This document shows, in pieces, positions 20,708 to 31,803 of a stretch of 64,000 bases of DNA. Origin of the DNA: Betaproteobacteria bacterium TMED22 (GTDB lineage: Bacteria > Pseudomonadota > Gammaproteobacteria > Burkholderiales > Eutrophovitaceae). The stretch lies in assembly GCA_002167745.1 (NCBI GenBank), contig NHCB01000007.1, positions 10,403 to 74,402 on the forward strand. Reading direction: 5' to 3'. The stretch's first letter is position 1. Every line of letters begins with the position of its first letter. The notes under the pieces were generated by a model, which was given only the letters and a program-made list of their open reading frames with translations, searched no databases and was not told where the DNA came from. The position numbers and the translations under genes are program-made.

Positions 20708-22372
20708 GTGAATATGAGAAGTGGGGGACAAGTGCTTGTGGACCAACTGATCACACAAGGCGTAAGGAATGCTTTTTGTGTTCCTGGTGAGAGCTATTTA
20801 GCGGTTCTTGACGCACTTTATTTGAAACGTGAAAAGATTTCTCTTTATGTCGCGCGACAAGATGGCGGCGCTTCCTTTATGGCTGAGGCTTATGGTAAGG
20901 CTACAGGCGAGACTGGTATTTGTTTTGTGACCAGAGGTCCCGGCGCGACAAATGCGAGTATTGGAGTCCATACGGCTTACCAAGACTCAACGCCGATGAT
21001 TTTATTTATTGGTCAAGTCGGGAACGATATGGTGGAGCGGGAAGCTTTTCAAGAAATGGATTATCGACGAATGTTTGGTCAGATGAGCAAATGGGTGGCT
21101 CAAATTGATCGGGCAAACCGAATACCAGAGTACGTGGCTCGAGCATTTCACGTGGCAAACTCAGGACGGCCTGGGCCCGTGGTATTGGCTCTTCCAGAAG
21201 ATATGCTGGTCGATTGGGTCGATGTGCCCGATACCCCTAGAGTTACGATTGCTAAGAATCGACCAACTGCGCAAAGCATGTTGGACGTAAAAGAACTATT
21301 GAGGAAGAGCGAAAAACCGTTAGTTGTTCTTGGTGGAAGTGGATGGTCTGAGAGGGCATGTCGTCAGGTACAAAGCTTTATCGAAAAAAATAAATTACCG
21401 GTAGGATGTTCTTTTCGACGACAAGACTTGTTTGATAACCATCACCCTAATTACGTTGGTGATATTGGAATCGGTATCAATCCTAAGTTGTCAGAAATGG
21501 TTAAAGAGTCTGATTTACTTTTGGTGATTGGTGCTCGTCTTGGAGAAATGACTACGAGTGGGTACACATTAATTCAAGCGCCCACACCTCGGCAAAAACT
21601 CATTCATATTCATCCTGGTTCTAATGAGCTCGGACGCGTGTTCCAAGGCTCAGTGATGATTAATTCAGACATAGAGGAGGCAGTCGATGCTTTAGTCTCT
21701 TTGCCGGATATAGGCGCCACTTGGGGTGCTTGGTTAAAAACAGGAAATGATAACTATCGGGCAAACGTGATTCCTGTGTCTTCCCCGGGTGATGTTGATT
21801 TAGGTGAGGTGATGACTGTCTTGCGTGGCTTGCTGCCCCGCGATAGTGTTATTACCAATGGTGCTGGAAATTTCAGCGGTTGGATTCACCGACATTGGCA
21901 GTACGCTGGATACAAAACTCAGGTTGCACCAACGAATGGTGCAATGGGGTATGGTGTGCCAGCTGGAGTTGCCGCTAAAATTGCGTTACCCGATAAGTTT
22001 GTTGTTAGCGTTTCAGGTGATGGATGTTTTTTAATGAATGGGCAGGAGATCTCAACCGCAAATCAATATGGTCTTAAAATTTTATTTATCGTTTTTGACA
22101 ATGGTATGTTTGGAACTATTAGGATGCATCAGGAGCGAGATTATCCCGAGCACGTATATGGAACAGACTTAATGAATCCAGATTTCGCAGCGCTCGCTAG
22201 AGCCTACGGTCTGTACGCAGAAACAATAACCTCGACGGAAGATATTAAGGATTCAGTAGCACGATGTATCGAAAAAGATGTGGCAAGTTTAATTCATATT
22301 AAAGTCGACCCAGAGGCGATAACTACAAGAACCACTCTAACGTCGATTCGCGACAACGCATTATCGAAATAG
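20708..22372 (+). CDS. Thiamine-diphosphate-binding enzyme, acetolactate synthase large-subunit-like
   Basis: 554 aa with an N-terminal Pyr domain (CVPGESYL, TRGPGATNA) and a C-terminal TPP motif (GDGCFLMNGQE...N). The substrate cannot be determined from sequence. Confidence 0.75.
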   Translation: MNMRSGGQVLVDQLITQGVRNAFCVPGESYLAVLDALYLKREKISLYVARQDGGASFMAEAYGKATGETGICFVTRGPGATNASIGVHTAYQDSTPMILFIGQVGNDMVEREAFQEMDYRRMFGQMSKWVAQIDRANRIPEYVARAFHVANSGRPGPVVLALPEDMLVDWVDVPDTPRVTIAKNRPTAQSMLDVKELLRKSEKPLVVLGGSGWSERACRQVQSFIEKNKLPVGCSFRRQDLFDNHHPNYVGDIGIGINPKLSEMVKESDLLLVIGARLGEMTTSGYTLIQAPTPRQKLIHIHPGSNELGRVFQGSVMINSDIEEAVDALVSLPDIGATWGAWLKTGNDNYRANVIPVSSPGDVDLGEVMTVLRGLLPRDSVITNGAGNFSGWIHRHWQYAGYKTQVAPTNGAMGYGVPAGVAAKIALPDKFVVSVSGDGCFLMNGQEISTANQYGLKILFIVFDNGMFGTIRMHQERDYPEHVYGTDLMNPDFAALARAYGLYAETITSTEDIKDSVARCIEKDVASLIHIKVDPEAITTRTTLTSIRDNALSK

Positions 22373-22384
22373 GCTCATTAAGAT

Positions 22385-23959
22385 TTAAAATGCGACAGCC
22401 TGGCCGTCTCGTCTGGGTTCCGAGCCGGCTGCGTAGCCATCCTTGTATTTAGTAATCATTTGTGCCGCACCGAACTCATATGCTCCATAAGGAGTCTTCG
22501 AAACTCTATGTCCGAGCGATTCAAGCCCGCCTAGAATGTCCTGCTCGAATGTGTCTTCGACGAGGAGTGAGCCATCTTTGCTGATTTTCCAGCGCGGCGC
22601 ATTAATAATTTCTTGAGGATTCATTAGTTGATTTGTCAACTGGCGAAATAGCTGGAGATGGCCTTGTGCTTGAATATCACCTCCCATAACGCCAAAGCTC
22701 GATAGCGGATTTCCATTACGTGTGATGAATCCTGGAATGATTGTGTGAAACGGAAACTTACCACCGTCCACGCAGTTAGGATGATCCTTTTGAAGGGAAA
22801 AACCTGCCGCTCGATTTTGCAGGCTAATACCTGTTTTGGGCACTACGACGCCCGACCCGAAACCCATGTAATTTGACTGTATGAATGAGACCATCATGCC
22901 ATTCGAATCAGCGCTGGTTAGGTAAACAGTATCCGAATGAACAGTTTGCCTCGGCGGTAGATGACGCGCTTCAGTCATGGTTATTTTTTTAGCGAGATGA
23001 CGATGAAATTCAACCGATAAAAGCTCTGCAATCGTTTTGTTCATGTAGGAGGGATCGCTTACTTCAGAATAGACAATATCTAGCGCAAGTTTCATTGATT
23101 CGATTTCTGCATGAGCTTTAAGTACCTTGTTTGATTGCTGTAGAACGTCTTCGAGTTCATTAAGAATGCCATTCGCGATTAAAGCTGCGATCCCTTGACC
23201 GCTTGGTGGAATTTCATGTAGCTCGAAACCCTTATATTCTGTATTAATCGGGTTTATCCATGTAGGAGCGTGGCTATTAAGATCATTGAGGCTTAATTTA
23301 CCGTCGTTGTTAAGTGAGTCATCTACCATTCGCTGCGCCAGTTCTCCTCGGTAAAAATCTTCTCCATTGGTTTTCGCAATCTGTTCCAAAGAATCAGCGT
23401 GATCAGGCAATCGAAAGCGTTCGCCAGCCTCTGGACTCCTCTCGTGACTAGTAAAGATACGCTGAAATTCTTCAAACTTTGAGAAGCGGTGAATTTGTCG
23501 GTTCCATTGATCTGCAATGATGGTGGACACTAAGAAGCCATCTTTCGCGTAGCGGAGTGCGGGCTCGAACAAGTCTTCAAACGGTAAACGCCCAAAGCGG
23601 CTCGAAAGTGCCACCCAAGATGAAACCGCTCCAGGCACGCTTACCGACTGCCAACCTAAATCAGGCATGCTGCTGTATTGCTTAAAGTCCTTAAAGGCCC
23701 ATTGCTCTGGATATTTACCGGAGGCATTTAATCCATGAATATTTCTTCCATCCCATACGAGACAAAAAGCGTCTGAGCCGATTCCATTCATTGTGGGTTC
23801 TACAACCGTGAGTGTGATGGCTGCTGCGACTGCTGCGTCGACTGCGTTACCACCTTGCTTCATGATCGATAAGCCGGCTTGAGCAGCCAGGGGCTGGGAG
23901 GTGGAGACGATATTGTCTCCAAAGACTGCGCTTCGATGAGCGTCTGGACGAATAACCAT
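22385..23959 (-). CDS. Gamma-glutamyltransferase family Ntn-hydrolase (no signal peptide)
   Basis: 524 aa with GGNAVDAAVA, a putative autoprocessing Thr in SDTVYLTSAD, and GVMGGD near the C-terminus. Confidence 0.75.
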   Translation of the reverse strand: MVIRPDAHRSAVFGDNIVSTSQPLAAQAGLSIMKQGGNAVDAAVAAAITLTVVEPTMNGIGSDAFCLVWDGRNIHGLNASGKYPEQWAFKDFKQYSSMPDLGWQSVSVPGAVSSWVALSSRFGRLPFEDLFEPALRYAKDGFLVSTIIADQWNRQIHRFSKFEEFQRIFTSHERSPEAGERFRLPDHADSLEQIAKTNGEDFYRGELAQRMVDDSLNNDGKLSLNDLNSHAPTWINPINTEYKGFELHEIPPSGQGIAALIANGILNELEDVLQQSNKVLKAHAEIESMKLALDIVYSEVSDPSYMNKTIAELLSVEFHRHLAKKITMTEARHLPPRQTVHSDTVYLTSADSNGMMVSFIQSNYMGFGSGVVVPKTGISLQNRAAGFSLQKDHPNCVDGGKFPFHTIIPGFITRNGNPLSSFGVMGGDIQAQGHLQLFRQLTNQLMNPQEIINAPRWKISKDGSLLVEDTFEQDILGGLESLGHRVSKTPYGAYEFGAAQMITKYKDGYAAGSEPRRDGQAVAF

Positions 23960-24041
23960 ATTCCGAAGGTTAGTTATTTGAAATCAACTATAATCCTATT
24001 TTGAGAATAATGTCATAACAGGCATTATCTGAGGGGCTGAA

Positions 24042-24695
24042 GTGGACATAGGTTATTGGATTCAATTGTTAAGCCTTTATGCGATTCCTGCAGTATTGGC
24101 AATTACGTTGCATGAGGCGGCACATGGATATGCAGCAAAGAGGTTAGGAGATCTTACCGCTTATCAGGAGGGACGGATTACGTTAAATCCAGTTAAGCAT
24201 ATTGATCTCATTGGTACCTTAGTTGTTCCAGCGGTTCTTCTATTCGCGACCGGAGGAAAAATCGCCTTTGGTTGGGCTAAGCCTGTACCTGTAAACTTCG
24301 CAGCACTTAACAATCCTAAGCGAGATATGCTTTGGGTCGCAGCTGCGGGTCCTGGTGCTAATTTGGTCATGGCAATTGGTTGGGCTTTAATCTTTAAGAT
24401 GAACTTGATTGCGCCGGAGCATTACTTTAGTTCGCCTTTATTTGAGATGTCAAAGGGTGGGATTTTGATTAACCTAGTGTTAATGGTGTTAAATTTAATT
24501 CCTGTACCTCCACTCGATGGCGGTCGGATCGCGATAAGCGCGTTACCCCATGCCATCGCATATAAGTTAGCAAAGCTCGAGCCTTATGGTTTATTGATCA
24601 TAATGCTTTTAATGGTATCGGGTGTGCTTGGCTCATTCATGTATCCAATATTGGGATCAATCATTGGGGTTTTATCTTTCGTTTTTGGTATTTAG
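24042..24695 (+). CDS. Site-2 protease family (peptidase M50) membrane protein
   Basis: 217 aa, polytopic, with HEAAHG (HExxH) in TM1 and a PPLDGG motif. It has a GTG start. Confidence 0.8.
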   Translation: MDIGYWIQLLSLYAIPAVLAITLHEAAHGYAAKRLGDLTAYQEGRITLNPVKHIDLIGTLVVPAVLLFATGGKIAFGWAKPVPVNFAALNNPKRDMLWVAAAGPGANLVMAIGWALIFKMNLIAPEHYFSSPLFEMSKGGILINLVLMVLNLIPVPPLDGGRIAISALPHAIAYKLAKLEPYGLLIIMLLMVSGVLGSFMYPILGSIIGVLSFVFGI

Positions 24696-24703
24696 AGGAA
24701 TAA

Positions 24704-25909
24704 GTGATGTTCGATGACCGTGTTTTATCAGGTATGCGTCCAACAGGCGCCCTTCACCTGGGCCACTACAATGGTGTTTTGGAAAACTGGTTGAAATTAC
24801 AACATGAGTATCAGTGTTTATTTTTTGTGGCGGATTGGCACGCATTGACAACTCATTATGATTCGCCAGAGGTTATTGAGAATAATGTATGGGATATGTT
24901 GATTGATTGGTTGGCTGCAGGTGTTGATCCGTCGCAAGCCACTTTATTCATACAATCAAAAGTGCCTGAGCACGCTGAGCTTCATTTGCTCATGTCCATG
25001 ATGACGCCACTGGGTTGGCTCGAAAGAGTTCCTACCTATAAGGATCAACAAGAAAAGTTGTCGGAGAAAGATTTATCCACATACGGATTTTTGGGCTATC
25101 CACTGCTTCAAAGCGCAGATATATTGATATACCGTGCTAATCTTGTACCTGTTGGAGAAGATCAGGTTGCGCACATTGAATTTACTCGAGAAGTAGCCAG
25201 ACGTTTCAATCATATATATGGTAAAGAACCTGGATTCGAGCACAAAGCAGAGCGCGCTGTTAAACAGCTCGGAAGTAAACGAGCGAAATTGTATCGGGAA
25301 CTTAAAAACCGTTTCCAGGAACATGGTGATGACTCAGCGCTAGATTCAGCGCGAGCCTTACTAGAGGAAGCTGCTAACTTGACTTTAGGGGATCGAGAAA
25401 GACTCTTTGGTTACTTGGAAGGTGGTGGCAAGATGATTCTATCCGAGCCCCAAGCGTTGCTGACTGCCGCATCTAAGATGCCTGGGTTAGATGGTCAAAA
25501 AATGTCTAAATCTTATAACAATACGATTTCATTGAGAGAGGACCCAACCTCGATCGAAAAGAAAATACGAACAATGCCCACAGATCCGGCTCGGGTAAGA
25601 AGAACTGATCCCGGCGATCCCGGTAAGTGTCCTGTTTGGGAACTACACGCCATCTATTCAGAGGAAAAAGTCAAAGATTGGGTTCAAGAGGGATGCAAAT
25701 CGGCAGGTATTGGTTGTATTGAATGTAAGCAGCCATTGGTAGAGTCAATTGGTAATACCCTTGCACCCATTCGGGAGCGCGCACAAGAGTATATCGATGA
25801 TCCTTCCCTCGTTAGAAACATCATTGCGGACGGTAACGATCGCGCGAGAAAGCTAGCCTCCGAGACGATGAGGGATGTTCGTGAAGCTATGGGATTAGAT
25901 TATGTATAG
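24704..25909 (+). CDS. trpS: Tryptophan--tRNA ligase (long form with a C-terminal four-Cys motif)
   Basis: 401 aa with a HIGH-type motif (TGALHLGHY), KMSKS and GEDQ..H. The start is GTG 24704 or ATG 24707. Confidence 0.9.
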   Translation: MMFDDRVLSGMRPTGALHLGHYNGVLENWLKLQHEYQCLFFVADWHALTTHYDSPEVIENNVWDMLIDWLAAGVDPSQATLFIQSKVPEHAELHLLMSMMTPLGWLERVPTYKDQQEKLSEKDLSTYGFLGYPLLQSADILIYRANLVPVGEDQVAHIEFTREVARRFNHIYGKEPGFEHKAERAVKQLGSKRAKLYRELKNRFQEHGDDSALDSARALLEEAANLTLGDRERLFGYLEGGGKMILSEPQALLTAASKMPGLDGQKMSKSYNNTISLREDPTSIEKKIRTMPTDPARVRRTDPGDPGKCPVWELHAIYSEEKVKDWVQEGCKSAGIGCIECKQPLVESIGNTLAPIRERAQEYIDDPSLVRNIIADGNDRARKLASETMRDVREAMGLDYV

Positions 25910-25931
25910 CTAGCGTATCGCTAGGTTTTTT
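25910..25931 (+). terminator. Terminator hairpin after trpS, overlapping the smpB 3' end
   Basis: CTAGCG-TAT-CGCTAG followed by GTTTTTT, read directly from the sequence. Confidence 0.5.
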
Positions 25932-26367
25932 GACGCATGAGTCGTTGCTGTTCTCGTTGCCAATCTTTTTCTTTTACAACGGCCCGCTTATCATGTTGTT
26001 TCTTACCTTTGGCCAAGCCTATGGATAGTTTAATTCTTCCCCTCGAGTAATGAAGATCTAAAGGCGTTAAGGTATAGCCAGATCGCTCTACTTTACCAAT
26101 GAGTTTTGCAATTTCTTCTCCATGCATCAATAGTTTTCTGGTTCTTACCGGGTCAGCAGTAACGTGTGTGGATGCTGAATTTAAAGGACTGATATGAGAT
26201 CCAATCAGAAATAGTTCACCGCTTCTGATAATTACATAAGACTCTTTTAATTGGCTACGACCATCCCGGATCGCCTTTACTTCCCAACCTTGCAGGCACA
26301 ATCCCGCCTCGAATTTTTCTTCGATAAAAAAATCGTGATACGCTTTTTTATTTTGAATGATGCTCAT
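25921..26367 (-). CDS. smpB: SsrA-binding protein SmpB
   Basis: 148 aa with NKKA.HDF.IEEK.EAG..L.G.EVK and a basic C-terminal tail. Confidence 0.93.
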   Translation of the reverse strand: MSIIQNKKAYHDFFIEEKFEAGLCLQGWEVKAIRDGRSQLKESYVIIRSGELFLIGSHISPLNSASTHVTADPVRTRKLLMHGEEIAKLIGKVERSGYTLTPLDLHYSRGRIKLSIGLAKGKKQHDKRAVVKEKDWQREQQRLMRQKT

Positions 26368-26450
26368 TTGCTAATGACCCATAAAAGAATCAGTATGTTA
26401 TGCCAAATGAGCTGTTTATGCTTGACGTTTTATAAGAAACTTAATCTTGT

Positions 26451-26897
26451 ATGTCTACTGTAAAGAAATCTGCGCTAGTTTCCCATTCTGCGGAGCTAAT
26501 CTACAATCTAGTGAATTCCGTTGATCAGTATCCCGATTTTCTGCCCTGGTGTGGAGGGGCACTTATTGACGAGCAATCTGAGTTCCATATGGTTGCTGAA
26601 GTAACTATTGGTTATAAAGGTATTAACAAGGCTTTCAAAACAAAAAATAATCTGCTGCGACCGACGTCCAATATTCCTGGCGGTATTAAGATGAATTTAT
26701 TAGAAGGGCCCTTCAAGCAACTGGATGGCGAGTGGACGTTTACGCCCTTGGGTGATAATGGCAGCCGAATCGAATTCGAACTTCGTTATCAATTTTCGAA
26801 CGCTTTAATGTCAAAATTAATCGGTCCCGTCTTTGATCGAATTGCAGAAACTTTCGTTGATTCTTTTGTTCGAAGAGCGGAGGACATATATGGGTGA
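26451..26897 (+). CDS. ratA: SRPBCC/START-fold protein RatA (Coq10-like ubiquinone-binding family)
   Basis: 148 aa with Y..FLPWC and divergent from smpB, as in enterobacteria and pseudomonads. Confidence 0.8.
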   Translation: MSTVKKSALVSHSAELIYNLVNSVDQYPDFLPWCGGALIDEQSEFHMVAEVTIGYKGINKAFKTKNNLLRPTSNIPGGIKMNLLEGPFKQLDGEWTFTPLGDNGSRIEFELRYQFSNALMSKLIGPVFDRIAETFVDSFVRRAEDIYG

Positions 26898-27195
26898 CGA
26901 CTTTCAAATAGCAATAGCGGTTGAAGTTTTGTTTGTAACAGATAGCGAGGAATACTCAGAATCTTTGTCGGTGGATATCGGCAGTACCATTGATCAGGTG
27001 TTGGACAAATCAGAGGTCAAAACTGTTGCCCAACGTTATTTGAATAATCAGTCCTTATCAGTAGGTGTCTGGGGCAAACGTATGCAATTGAGTTCGGTGA
27101 TCGCTGATGGTGACCGAATAGAGATCTATCGTGACTTAATAGCGGATCCGAAAGAGCTTAGACGAAGCGGTCGCTTGGTCTCGAGGAGGCGTTAG
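26890..27195 (+). CDS. rnfH: RnfH family ubiquitin-like protein (UPF0125)
   Basis: It has VWGK....S..L.DGDRIEIYR.L..DPKE.RR. I place the start at ATG 26890, which overlaps the ratA stop (ATGGGTGA). Confidence 0.8.
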   Translation: MGDDFQIAIAVEVLFVTDSEEYSESLSVDIGSTIDQVLDKSEVKTVAQRYLNNQSLSVGVWGKRMQLSSVIADGDRIEIYRDLIADPKELRRSGRLVSRRR

Positions 27196-27200
27196 GTGGG

Positions 27201-27509
27201 TTATTGCCGGTGGTTATACAAAGGTCCTTTTTTTTGTTCTAGACCCAAAATAAAAAAATGAATTGCTTTATTGGCCATTTCCAGAGCGTCTTGATAATTT
27301 CCGCTACTGATAAGTCTTTCAGCGGCCATTAGATGTTCTTTTGCGATGACCCAACGAGTGCCCTCTGTTGTCGCTAGTTCATTTAAAGTCCTCGCTTCGA
27401 TTAAAGCCGTTTTCGCTCTAGACTGAACATCCGGTTGCGCATAGGAGTTAATCACGAGAACTTGTGATACAAGGAACATCAGTGTGATACATTTAAAGAT
27501 GAGAATCAT
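27201..27509 (-). CDS. Small secreted helical protein, unknown function
   Basis: 102 aa with an N-terminal signal peptide (cleavage probably after SYA) and a predicted all-helical remainder. I recognise no family. Confidence 0.5.
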   Translation of the reverse strand: MILIFKCITLMFLVSQVLVINSYAQPDVQSRAKTALIEARTLNELATTEGTRWVIAKEHLMAAERLISSGNYQDALEMANKAIHFFILGLEQKKGPLYNHRQ

Positions 27510-27526
27510 GGGAAGTCTAGGTTTAG

Positions 27527-29053
<1,527 letters not shown>

Positions 29054-29111
29054 TCACATCTCGCGTTCTTCAGTTCGATTCATAAGCAGCTCATATCAGC
29101 AATCTAAATAA

Positions 29112-30680
29112 ATGCGAAAAAATAAGATACTTGTATTGGATTTTGGATCTCAATATTCACAGCTTATTGTTAGGCGGATCCGTGAAATCGGGGTCTATTG
29201 TGAGCTACTTCCTTACGACACGGATACCTCAAAAATAAGCGAGTTCGAACCACAAGGAATAATTCTTTCGGGCGGTCCGGCCTCAGTGTATGAGGAAGAG
29301 GGTAGCCCTAGAGCCCCCGATTTGATATTTGATCTTGGTATTCCGTTGTTAGGTATATGTTACGGAATGCAAGCGATGGCAGATCAGCTGGGCGGCACCG
29401 TCGTGGCTGCTCATAAACGAGAATTTGGTTTTGCCGAAATAAGGGCGAGAGGACATTCAGAATTATTAAAAAATATATCTGATCGAACCAACGCCGAAAA
29501 TCACGGACTATTGGATGTTTGGATGAGTCATGGTGACAAGGTTACCGACTTACCGAACGGTTTTAAGGTTATAGCCTCCAATGATTCAACGCCGATCGCC
29601 GGTATGGCAGACGAGGCTCGTAAGTTCTATGGGCTTCAGTTTCATCCCGAAGTTACCCATACCGCCCAGGGATCCGAGATACTTAAACGATTCATTATAG
29701 ACTTATGTCGCTGTAAAGCTGATTGGAGCATGCCTTCTTTTATAGATAATGAGGTCTCGCGTATTAAGCAGATCGTCGGTGAAGATGAAGTTATTCTAGG
29801 TTTATCTGGCGGGGTTGATTCTTCGGTTGCTGCAGCACTAATTCAAAGATCAATTGGCTCTAAATTAACATGTGTTTTTGTTGATAATGGCTTACTTCGT
29901 CTTAATGAGGCGGAACAAGTGATGGCTACATTTAAGGAAAACTTGGGTCTTAATGTCATCCATGTTGACGCGTCAGAGCGCTTCATGTCGGCGCTCTCAG
30001 GAGTAGTAGACCCGGAAGAGAAAAGAAAAGTTATAGGTAAAGAATTTGTAGAAATTTTCCAGGCAGAAGCTGAAAAATTGCCGAATGCTCGATGGCTTGC
30101 TCAAGGTACGATTTATCCGGATGTTATTGAGTCAGCGGGTTCAACAACAAAAAAGGCGAAGACGATTAAGTCCCATCACAACGTTGGAGGATTACCCGAT
30201 ACTTTGAATTTAAAGCTTGTCGAACCTCTGAGAGATCTTTTTAAAGACGAAGTGCGTCAACTAGGTGTCGAGCTTGGCCTACCAGGTAAAATGGTCTTCC
30301 GACATCCGTTCCCTGGGCCAGGACTCGGGGTGCGTATACTTGGAGAGGTTAAAAAATCATTTGCTGATTATTTACGAGAAGCAGATGCCATTTTTATTGA
30401 GGAGCTGGTTTCTTCAGGTTGGTACGAAAAAACGGCACAAGCGTTCGCAGTATTTTTACCTGTGAAATCGGTTGGGGTTATGGGTGACGGTCGCACCTAC
30501 GAGTATGTCGTGGCTCTTCGTGCGGTCGAGACGTCTGATTTTATGACAGCTAATTGGGCCCCTTTACCTCACGAATTGCTATCGAAAATTTCTAATCGGA
30601 TTATAAATGAGGTCAAAGGTATCAATCGTGTTGTTTATGATATTTCTGGTAAGCCTCCGGCGACAATCGAGTGGGAGTAG
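29112..30680 (+). CDS. guaA: GMP synthase (glutamine-hydrolysing)
   Basis: 522 aa with a GATase domain (GICYGMQ), the ATP-PPase motif LSGGVDSSV and the C-terminus [10 protein letters not shown]. Confidence 0.95.
   Translation: MRKNKILVLDFGSQYSQLIVRRIREIGVYCELLPYDTDTSKISEFEPQGIILSGGPASVYEEEGSPRAPDLIFDLGIPLLGICYGMQAMADQLGGTVVAAHKREFGFAEIRARGHSELLKNISDRTNAENHGLLDVWMSHGDKVTDLPNGFKVIASNDSTPIAGMADEARKFYGLQFHPEVTHTAQGSEILKRFIIDLCRCKADWSMPSFIDNEVSRIKQIVGEDEVILGLSGGVDSSVAAALIQRSIGSKLTCVFVDNGLLRLNEAEQVMATFKENLGLNVIHVDASERFMSALSGVVDPEEKRKVIGKEFVEIFQAEAEKLPNARWLAQGTIYPDVIESAGSTTKKAKTIKSHHNVGGLPDTLNLKLVEPLRDLFKDEVRQLGVELGLPGKMVFRHPFPGPGLGVRILGEVKKSFADYLREADAIFIEELVSSGWYEKTAQAFAVFLPVKSVGVMGDGRTYEYVVALRAVETSDFMTANWAPLPHELLSKISNRIINEVKGINRVVYDISGKPPATIEWE
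30608..30680 (+). repeat. Direct repeat copy 1, the functional 3' end of guaA
   Basis: A 73-nt stretch TGAGGTCAAAGGTATCAATCGTG...GAGTGGGAGTAG recurs at 31648-31720. Confidence 0.9.
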
Positions 30681-30791
30681 TTTATAACTCGCAAGGTATT
30701 GATTTATAAACTAGCTGTAGTCACTATTGAGTGAGAATAAATTTAAGTACTTAATCCATTGTTAATATGAACTTTTCTGGTGGAAAGTAAA

Positions 30792-31586
30792 ATGCTCACA
30801 GCAAGGGAAATCAAACAATATCGTCAAGATGGATATGTTATTCCGTCTGGGTTTCGTTTCGACGATGCGGTGGTGGAAGCGTTGCGAACCGCTGTTGACA
30901 CGATCTTAGCGAGTAACCCAAAAATGAAACCCGATCGGATCATCAACCCGCATTTGAACGAAGGTCGGCCTTACGGCGTTAAAGGGCATCAAATTATCAA
31001 TACAGTGGCACATGATCGGCGTATCTTGGAAATGCTCGAATCGGTAATGGGACCGGATATCATCCTGTGGCTTACTCATCTGTTCTGCAAATTGCCGCAA
31101 TCGACGCGAGAGGTTCCGTGGCACCAGGACGGCCAATATTGGCCGATCCGCCCATGGGCTACGTGTACAGTTTGGATTGCAATCGATAGGGTCGAGAAAT
31201 CGAACGGAGCCATGAAAGTTATTCCGGGGTCACATGAGGGTCAGGCTTGGCAGCATCACGAAGATTTCGGTGATCATCTGACATTAAGTCAGGTGATCGG
31301 CGACGATCAATTAGCCGACAAAGATGTCCGATATATCGAGCTCGAGCCTGGTCAAGTCTCCCTCCACGATGTGGGGATTGTGCACGGATCAGCAGCGAAT
31401 ACTTCAGGTCGACGTCGAGCGGGATTAGCAATGAGGTACATGCCCGCAACATCTGGTTTTTATCGGGACGAAGATATGCCTTTAAGTAAGTTTGATTGGT
31501 CGACCCTGCCAATTGAACTCGTAAAGGGAGACAATATCAATTCAATAAACGATTTCCACATCGGACACGACACGCTTCCTTGGTAA
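30792..31586 (+). CDS. Phytanoyl-CoA dioxygenase (PhyH) family Fe(II)/2-oxoglutarate oxygenase
   Basis: It has the H-x-D facial-triad motif (WHQDGQYW), a distal His (IVHGSAANTS) and an Arg further downstream. The start is ATG 30792 or TTG 30780. GC is higher than in the flanks. Confidence 0.8.
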   Translation: MLTAREIKQYRQDGYVIPSGFRFDDAVVEALRTAVDTILASNPKMKPDRIINPHLNEGRPYGVKGHQIINTVAHDRRILEMLESVMGPDIILWLTHLFCKLPQSTREVPWHQDGQYWPIRPWATCTVWIAIDRVEKSNGAMKVIPGSHEGQAWQHHEDFGDHLTLSQVIGDDQLADKDVRYIELEPGQVSLHDVGIVHGSAANTSGRRRAGLAMRYMPATSGFYRDEDMPLSKFDWSTLPIELVKGDNINSINDFHIGHDTLPW

Positions 31587-31647
31587 AATAATATCGTATG
31601 CTGTTACTTCTCATTCTCAAAGAACTAGGCAGCATAAACATCTAATC

Positions 31648-31720
31648 TGAGGTCAAAGGTATCAATCGTGTTGTTTATGATATTTCTGGTAAGCCTCCGG
31701 CGACTATAGAGTGGGAATGA
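31648..31720 (+). repeat. Direct repeat copy 2, an orphan guaA 3'-end fragment (att-like remnant)
   Basis: It is 68/73 identical to 30608-30680. All 5 differences are synonymous or stop-for-stop, so it still encodes [23 protein letters not shown]. Confidence 0.9.
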
Positions 31721-31803
31721 TTTTTTACCGTAGGCCTAATGGCATGGTGAATTTTACGTGAAGCTGTCGTGGAGTCCCTTCCCAAGAAGTCTTTAGCTTG
31801 GGT

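Noticed and set aside
26368-26450. I looked for a tmRNA (ssrA) gene next to smpB.
   Set aside because: Only 83 nt separate smpB from ratA, and the other side abuts trpS. No tRNA-like acceptor or T-arm sequence and no tag reading frame is present.
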